Assembly (NCBI GenBank): GCA_040384485.1
Contig: JAZKJH010000002.1
Span: forward strand, 22,235 to 86,234
Direction of reading: 5' to 3'
Length of the DNA: 64,000 nt
Source of the DNA: Patescibacteria group bacterium
Lineage (GTDB): Bacteria; Patescibacteriota; Minisyncoccia; Phycocordibacterales; DATDWN01
Within the stretch, counting starts at the first letter, position 1. Every line of letters begins with the position of its first letter. The notes beneath the pieces were generated by a model. It saw only the letters and a list, made by a program, of their open reading frames with translations. It did not search any database and had not been told where the DNA came from. Positions 59,052 to 64,000 of this stretch are shown here, one piece after another. The position numbers and the translations under genes were made by a program.

Positions 59052-59423
59052 ATGAAGAGAATATTTATCGCATTCGCTATTGAAGACAAAACATCTAGAG
59101 ATTTTTTAGTTGGTCAAGCAAAAAATGACAATTCGCCATTTGAGTTCGTTGATATGTCTGTAAAAACACCATGGGAAACGGACTGGGAATCCAAGTGCCG
59201 TACAAAGATAAAAGGTTGTGACGGTGTAATTGCACTTATTAGTAAAAATACACCTTCAGCAACAGGACAGTTGTTTGAGATCGCGACAGCAGAAGAAGAG
59301 AAAATTCCAACAATGTTGATGTACTCAACTAGTGATCGACCCACTCTTCCTTATTTTTTAAATAAACGAACCATTAATGTTTGGAGCTGGGCTAACATTA
59401 AATCGTTTTTGAGTAAACTTTAA
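59052..59423 (+). CDS. TIR-domain protein (ThsB-like) 1
   Basis: RIFIAF, FVDMSVK, FEIATA with putative catalytic Glu. Confidence 0.85.
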   Translation: MKRIFIAFAIEDKTSRDFLVGQAKNDNSPFEFVDMSVKTPWETDWESKCRTKIKGCDGVIALISKNTPSATGQLFEIATAEEEKIPTMLMYSTSDRPTLPYFLNKRTINVWSWANIKSFLSKL

Positions 59424-59427
59424 TATC

Positions 59428-60369
59428 ATGAGAAAAGCACTTGTAATTGGTATTAACGATTACCCAACCATTCCTCTTAGGGGGTGTATTAACGACGCCA
59501 CTGCTTTTGGCACAACAATTGAAAAAAATGGTGATGGATCTCCTAATTTTGCCGTTAAATTGGAAACTAATGTCACAACAAAGGCACAGCTAAAGACAAT
59601 GATTAGAGAGTTGTTTGAAGGTGATAGTGATATAGCTTTGTTTTACTTTTCCGGTCACGGTTTTTTTAGCGATCTTGGTGGTTTTATTGTCACACCAGAT
59701 CACCAGCAAAATGACGAAGGTGTTTCTATGGATGAAATACTTACTTTAGCAAATAAGTCGAAAGCAAAAGATAAGGTAATAATTTTAGACTGTTGTCATT
59801 CTGGAGCGTTCGGCACACCTGCGATAACTGGAAATAGCTCCTCTCAAATAATAGAGGGTGTCGTGATATTGACTGCTAGTAGACCAGCAGAAAGTGCTAT
59901 TGAAATTAATGGTCACGGTATTTTTACTAATCTGTTGATTGATGCCCTGCAAGGAGGAGCTGCAGACCTACGCGGACACATAACACCTGGCAGTGTTTAT
60001 GCCTACATCGACCAAGCTCTTGGTCCATGGGATCAACGACCAGTTTTTAAAACTAACGTCACAAGATTCACTTCTTTACGCACCATTAGTCCACAAGTAC
60101 CAATTGAAGTTTTGAGAAAAATTACTGAGTATTTTTCTGTTCCAGAACAAGAATATCAACTTGATCCAACTTATGAGTTCACCAATAAGGATGTAGCGAT
60201 TACGGAAAATGTGGTTATGCTAAAAAACTTACAGAAGTTAGTTAGTATAGGTTTAGTGATGCCTGTTGGAGAGGATCACATGTTTTACGTAGCCCAAAAT
60301 TCAAAGACCTGTAAATTAACTGCGCTCGGCTATCATTATTGGAGATTAGTTAAGGAGGGAAAAATATAA
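59428..60369 (+). CDS. Caspase-like (peptidase C14) protease with C-terminal extension
   Basis: ALVIGINDY, LRGCINDA, FYFSGHG (His), ILDCCHSG (Cys). Confidence 0.93.
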   Translation: MRKALVIGINDYPTIPLRGCINDATAFGTTIEKNGDGSPNFAVKLETNVTTKAQLKTMIRELFEGDSDIALFYFSGHGFFSDLGGFIVTPDHQQNDEGVSMDEILTLANKSKAKDKVIILDCCHSGAFGTPAITGNSSSQIIEGVVILTASRPAESAIEINGHGIFTNLLIDALQGGAADLRGHITPGSVYAYIDQALGPWDQRPVFKTNVTRFTSLRTISPQVPIEVLRKITEYFSVPEQEYQLDPTYEFTNKDVAITENVVMLKNLQKLVSIGLVMPVGEDHMFYVAQNSKTCKLTALGYHYWRLVKEGKI

Positions 60370-60372
60370 ACC

Positions 60373-60780
60373 ATGAGACATTACAACATATTCATAAGTC
60401 ACTCTTGGGCATACAGTGATGCATATGACAAGCTTATAAAAATGCTTAACGCAGATCCTCGATTTAATTTTAAAGATTATTCAGTACCAAAGAACGACCC
60501 TATCCATAATGCGCCAAATTCTACTGCACTATCTCGAGCCATACAGGATCAGATGCGTTTTTGCGATGTTATCATTATTCTTGCTGGAGTGTATTCAAGC
60601 TACAGTGATTGGATTAATAAGGAGATCGCTCTTGCAAAAGGATTTACTAATCCAAAACCAATTCTGGCCATCGAGCCATGGGCAAGTGAAAAAACTTCGT
60701 CGGTAGTAAAGAAGAACGCAAATAGGATCGTAAAATGGAATACAAGTTCAATTATTGCAGGAATACGTGAGCTTTCGTAA
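60373..60780 (+). CDS. TIR-domain protein (ThsB-like) 2
   Basis: IFISHSW, DYSVP, SDWINKEI with putative catalytic Glu, KPILAI. Confidence 0.92.
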   Translation: MRHYNIFISHSWAYSDAYDKLIKMLNADPRFNFKDYSVPKNDPIHNAPNSTALSRAIQDQMRFCDVIIILAGVYSSYSDWINKEIALAKGFTNPKPILAIEPWASEKTSSVVKKNANRIVKWNTSSIIAGIRELS

Positions 60781-60879
60781 ATATACGAAAAATATGGAGA
60801 TATGTATTTTAACCGTCATATTGGTAAATATAGAATTTATATAGATACCATTGAAAGACATTGATCGCAGACGAAAAGC

Positions 60880-61146
60880 ATGACTAGATATAGAAAATTT
60901 AAAAAACGAAGTAGCTATTTTAAAAAAAGAGAAAATGAATTTGAAATACCCAAATGGATCTTTTACTTTTTAACCCTAACAATTTTATTTATTGTTTTTT
61001 TCTCTTTCAACTTTGTTTCTAATTGTATTATTGAATGGCCACCTAGGTGGGATGTTCGTACTTGCTGGAGTGAGCAGTTTGAACCTGCTAAAACAAAAGC
61101 AATTGAGAAATCTGCTCCATTTATGCCACAACTAAAAGTAAGGTAG
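60880..61146 (+). CDS. Small single-TM protein
   Basis: Basic N-terminus, TM, Cys pair. Confidence 0.55.
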   Translation: MTRYRKFKKRSSYFKKRENEFEIPKWIFYFLTLTILFIVFFSFNFVSNCIIEWPPRWDVRTCWSEQFEPAKTKAIEKSAPFMPQLKVR

Positions 61147-61286
61147 TTCTACCAGTACCCAACCTCTCTAGGTTTGGCTCACAGGTTAAAACACTCAGAG
61201 AAATCTGGGTGTTTTAATTTATAAAAAAATCAGTTTTTTATTGACAAAAAATACCATTAACATACTATGTTTGGCAGGAGGTTCAT

Positions 61287-61958
61287 TTGAATAAATCACA
61301 GAACACGGATATCCCAGTCATCACTCTTGATGGGGATGCTGGTGCTGGAAAGGGTACAACTAGAATACTGGTTGCCCAAAGACTTGCTTGGAACGAACTT
61401 GATAGCGGAGTTCTTTATAGGCTCGTGGCCTATTTGGGTCAGGATTCTCCTACAGAGGACCATTACAGGATCATTGCGCAAGGACTAGTCGGAGTTCGAA
61501 TGTCGGAAGGAAAAGTTTTCTTGTTCGACAGAGTCCTCACAGACAAGGAACTCCGAACTTCTGCTATGGACGCTGCAGCTGCAAAAGTTGCTCGTGACAA
61601 AGAAGTAAGGCTTGCACTTCGAGAGATTCAGGAAAGGGCACGCAGTGGTCGTGGCTTGGTCACTGACGGTAGAGATATGGGAACGATTTTCATTGCTCCC
61701 AATGTTTATCGCTTTTACCTTACAGCCGATGCAGAAGTACGAGCTAGACGGCGTGTCGCTCAGGACCTAGATAAAGACGTGGTCCCGAGCGTGCTCGAAG
61801 TTCGGCGCAGTCTGGAGGAAAGAGATTTGATGGACAAGACAAGAGCAGTCAGTCCACTTACTCTTCATCCTGAAGCGGTGGTTGTTGATACCACTCACAT
61901 GAAGCCGGAAGAAGTGGCGGAACATATTATCAGCATCTATAAGTCCAAGGCAGCATAG
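61287..61958 (+). CDS. cmk: Cytidylate kinase (in cassette format)
   Basis: ITLDGDAGAGKGT, LDSGVLYR, DGRDMGT, RARRR; TTGACA promoter at 61241, AGGAGG SD, TTG start, terminator at 61963-61994. Confidence 0.9.
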   Translation: MNKSQNTDIPVITLDGDAGAGKGTTRILVAQRLAWNELDSGVLYRLVAYLGQDSPTEDHYRIIAQGLVGVRMSEGKVFLFDRVLTDKELRTSAMDAAAAKVARDKEVRLALREIQERARSGRGLVTDGRDMGTIFIAPNVYRFYLTADAEVRARRRVAQDLDKDVVPSVLEVRRSLEERDLMDKTRAVSPLTLHPEAVVVDTTHMKPEEVAEHIISIYKSKAA

Positions 61959-62055
61959 ATATACCGAGAAGGTAACACCTTCTCGGTTTTTTTTATTACA
62001 CAAATCTGTGGAAAACTATTTGACCTGTGCTTACTGTATCTGATACAATAACATT

Positions 62056-62253
62056 GTGAGTTTAGGTTGAGTTGGTTCGTTTGGAAGTTGCACATGCACT
62101 TCCGAACACCTCCTCAATCTGGCTCGCACCAGTATCACTACCGTCATCAAAGCTATAGCTTAGATGACACCAGTTCTTTTGTTCGCACGTTCTCCCGTTT
62201 TTGGACCATGTGGTCCACCCCTTACAACCTCTTGCCACGGCACGAGGTTTTTT
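62056..62253 (+). ncRNA. Candidate structured non-coding RNA
   Basis: TTGACC-N18-TACAAT promoter (62020-62049), three hairpins, then a terminator with T-run; no SD-led plus-strand ORF. Confidence 0.55.
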
Positions 62254-62334
62254 ATATATAAACTCAATCCGACGCACTTTACATAGGTGAGACCTATGTA
62301 TTTATAGATGTGTGTTTCGTGTTATAATCCAAAA

Positions 62335-62682
62335 ATGATACAAAAAACCATAAATTCTTTCAGGTATGCACTAAGAGGTCTCAAAACAACTTGGTCAGAG
62401 GAACATAACTTTAGAACGGAAGTCTTTGCCACTGTACTTGTTGTTATTTCTATTTTTTATTTTGATTTTACTTTTGTTGAAGCAGCAATCCTAGTTCTTG
62501 CTGTTACTCTTGTTCTTTGTGCAGAGATCATAAACACGGTGGTTGAAGATTTATGTAATAAAGTAGAGCCATCGCACGATCCAATAATCGCCAAAATAAA
62601 AGACACTTCAGGAGCATTTGTTCTGGTCGCTGTTATCGGCGCAGTTGTTGCTGGAGTTTTTGTGCTACTAAATCATTTTTAA
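62335..62682 (+). CDS. dgkA: Diacylglycerol/undecaprenol kinase family
   Basis: SFRYALRG, EHNFR, EIINTVVE, KIKDTSGA. Confidence 0.92.
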   Translation: MIQKTINSFRYALRGLKTTWSEEHNFRTEVFATVLVVISIFYFDFTFVEAAILVLAVTLVLCAEIINTVVEDLCNKVEPSHDPIIAKIKDTSGAFVLVAVIGAVVAGVFVLLNHF

Positions 62683-62686
62683 TTGA

Positions 62687-63385
62687 ATGTTGGACGATAT
62701 CTATCGGGAAATAAACAGGAGAGGTAATAAAATAAAAGCGCAACAAGCACAGAGATTTTTTAAAACTGGCGAAAGTAGTTACAGTAAAGGAGATGTGTTT
62801 TTAGGCTTGAATGCAAAGGATGTAGACTTTGTTTCAGAAAAGTATGTTGATTTGGGGATTCCGTTTGTTGTGAAGCTTTTAAAATCTGAAATACATGATT
62901 ATCGAGATGTGGCACTATCGATTTTGGTTTTGAAATATAAAAAAGGAGACAAGATTGTTAAAGACAAGGTAGTCAAAACTTATCTTGCTAACAAAAAATA
63001 TGTTAATAACTGGGATTTGGTGGATGGAAGTGCCTACAAAATACTTGGGGACTATCTTTTGGATAAAAGTAGAGATGTTTTATATAAACTGGCTTGTTCT
63101 AAGGTCATGTGGGACAGAAGAATAGCTATAGTTTCGACTTTTGCCTTTATACGTTCTGGCGATACAAAAGATGCTGTAAAAATTTCTAAAATTTTACTGA
63201 ATAATAGAGAAGACCTAATGCACAAGGCAGTTGGTTGGATGTTAAGAGAGGTTGGTAAAAAAGATGAAAAAATCTTGAAGGATTTTCTAAATAAAAATAT
63301 AAAAGTTATGCCCAGAACAACATTGAGATACTCAATAGAAAGATTTCCAGAAAATATTCGACAGTATTATCTAAAACTTAAGTAA
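62687..63385 (+). CDS. DNA alkylation repair protein (AlkD-like)
   Basis: FFKTG, NNWDLVD, HKAVGWMLREVGK, MPRTTLRYSIE. Confidence 0.9.
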   Translation: MLDDIYREINRRGNKIKAQQAQRFFKTGESSYSKGDVFLGLNAKDVDFVSEKYVDLGIPFVVKLLKSEIHDYRDVALSILVLKYKKGDKIVKDKVVKTYLANKKYVNNWDLVDGSAYKILGDYLLDKSRDVLYKLACSKVMWDRRIAIVSTFAFIRSGDTKDAVKISKILLNNREDLMHKAVGWMLREVGKKDEKILKDFLNKNIKVMPRTTLRYSIERFPENIRQYYLKLK

Positions 63386-63425
63386 CTTTGTTTTCAAAAG
63401 AAGTAGTATTGTATATAATATACAT

Positions 63426-64000
63426 ATGAATCAAGAGAGTCTCCCTAAGTTCAATAGCCCTGAAGAGGAAATTGCTTTTTTGCGTCAGCAAATCTCAAAC
63501 AAAGAGTTAGAGCTTCGAGAAAAAAAGGAAGATTTTAAACTTGAAGAAGTTGTTCAAGACCAAATATCTAGATATAGAGACACTCTACCGAAGCAAGTTT
63601 TAGAAGAAACATATGAGTTATCAAAGCACGATGCTGAATCTATTGTTTTAAACCTGGAGCCAGAACAACACGACGACAAGATGAGCGAGCTTTTGGGTAT
63701 TATGAATGAAAAGGGTTTGAAAAATGCCATGACCGTTCTGTCTCACTTCAAGGACCCTCACCTAGAAGATGACTTCCACAGGTTTTTAGTGCAATACATA
63801 AAACACGGTTATGTGTCAAAAGATATTGATACATATAGCAAGGAATTGAGAGGTCTCAGTATGACTCTATATGAGGTGGTGATGCTTGAAAGTCAGGATG
63901 ATAATGATCCCAACAAAAATAAATCCTTAAAGGAAGTTATTTCAAGTATGGAGCAGTTTTTGTCCGGTATGATATCAGTGACAGCAAAGGACGAGACAAA
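63426..64000 (+). CDS. N-terminus of a large protein running off the window (family not determinable here)
   Basis: TATAAT-N6-ATG; open to window end: MNQESLPKFNSPEEEIAFLR...PHLEDDFHRFLVQY. Confidence 0.7.
   Translation, partial: MNQESLPKFNSPEEEIAFLRQQISNKELELREKKEDFKLEEVVQDQISRYRDTLPKQVLEETYELSKHDAESIVLNLEPEQHDDKMSELLGIMNEKGLKNAMTVLSHFKDPHLEDDFHRFLVQYIKHGYVSKDIDTYSKELRGLSMTLYEVVMLESQDDNDPNKNKSLKEVISSMEQFLSGMISVTAKDET

Noticed and set aside
1-64000. CRISPR array or rRNA
   Set aside because: No regularly spaced repeat-spacer units and no rRNA-like sequence seen; the repeats found occur only as pairs.

Overview
This 64-kb window is AT-rich bacterial chromosome read in genetic code 11. Gene content and style suggest a Patescibacteria/CPR genome, probably Parcubacteria (inference). 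The backbone is housekeeping: a UvrD-nuclease fusion, hisS, typA, nadE, hpf, fmt, def, priA, two mreB, frr, rseP, proS, mreC, pbp2, greA, lysS, mraZ-rsmH-ftsL-ftsI-murF, tRNA-Asn and tRNA-Glu. There is also an envelope/stress region with an ECF sigma factor, its anti-sigma and FN3-type surface proteins. Main observations: (1) A LexA-like repressor-TIR-caspase-TIR operon beside tRNA-Glu resembles type IV Thoeris antiphage defence. (2) Gene architecture is two-tiered. Core genes look leaderless (TAnnnT 5-7 nt before ATG, no SD), while about 20 mostly orphan genes are scattered, mostly singly, as self-contained cassettes with a TTGACA-type promoter, strong SD, frequent GTG/TTG starts, all the TGA stops and their own terminator. 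(3) A promoter- and terminator-bounded structured non-coding unit carries a CACCTCCT anti-SD-like motif. (4) A GTAA(G/T)-N16-CGTC ECF promoter occurs four times. (5) A ~95-nt dispersed structured repeat shows covariation. (6) Two ~54-bp duplications of gene 3' ends each enclose one small membrane-protein gene. (7) An FN3-repeat gene has a single in-frame TAG. All calls were made by eye; no database searches were run.
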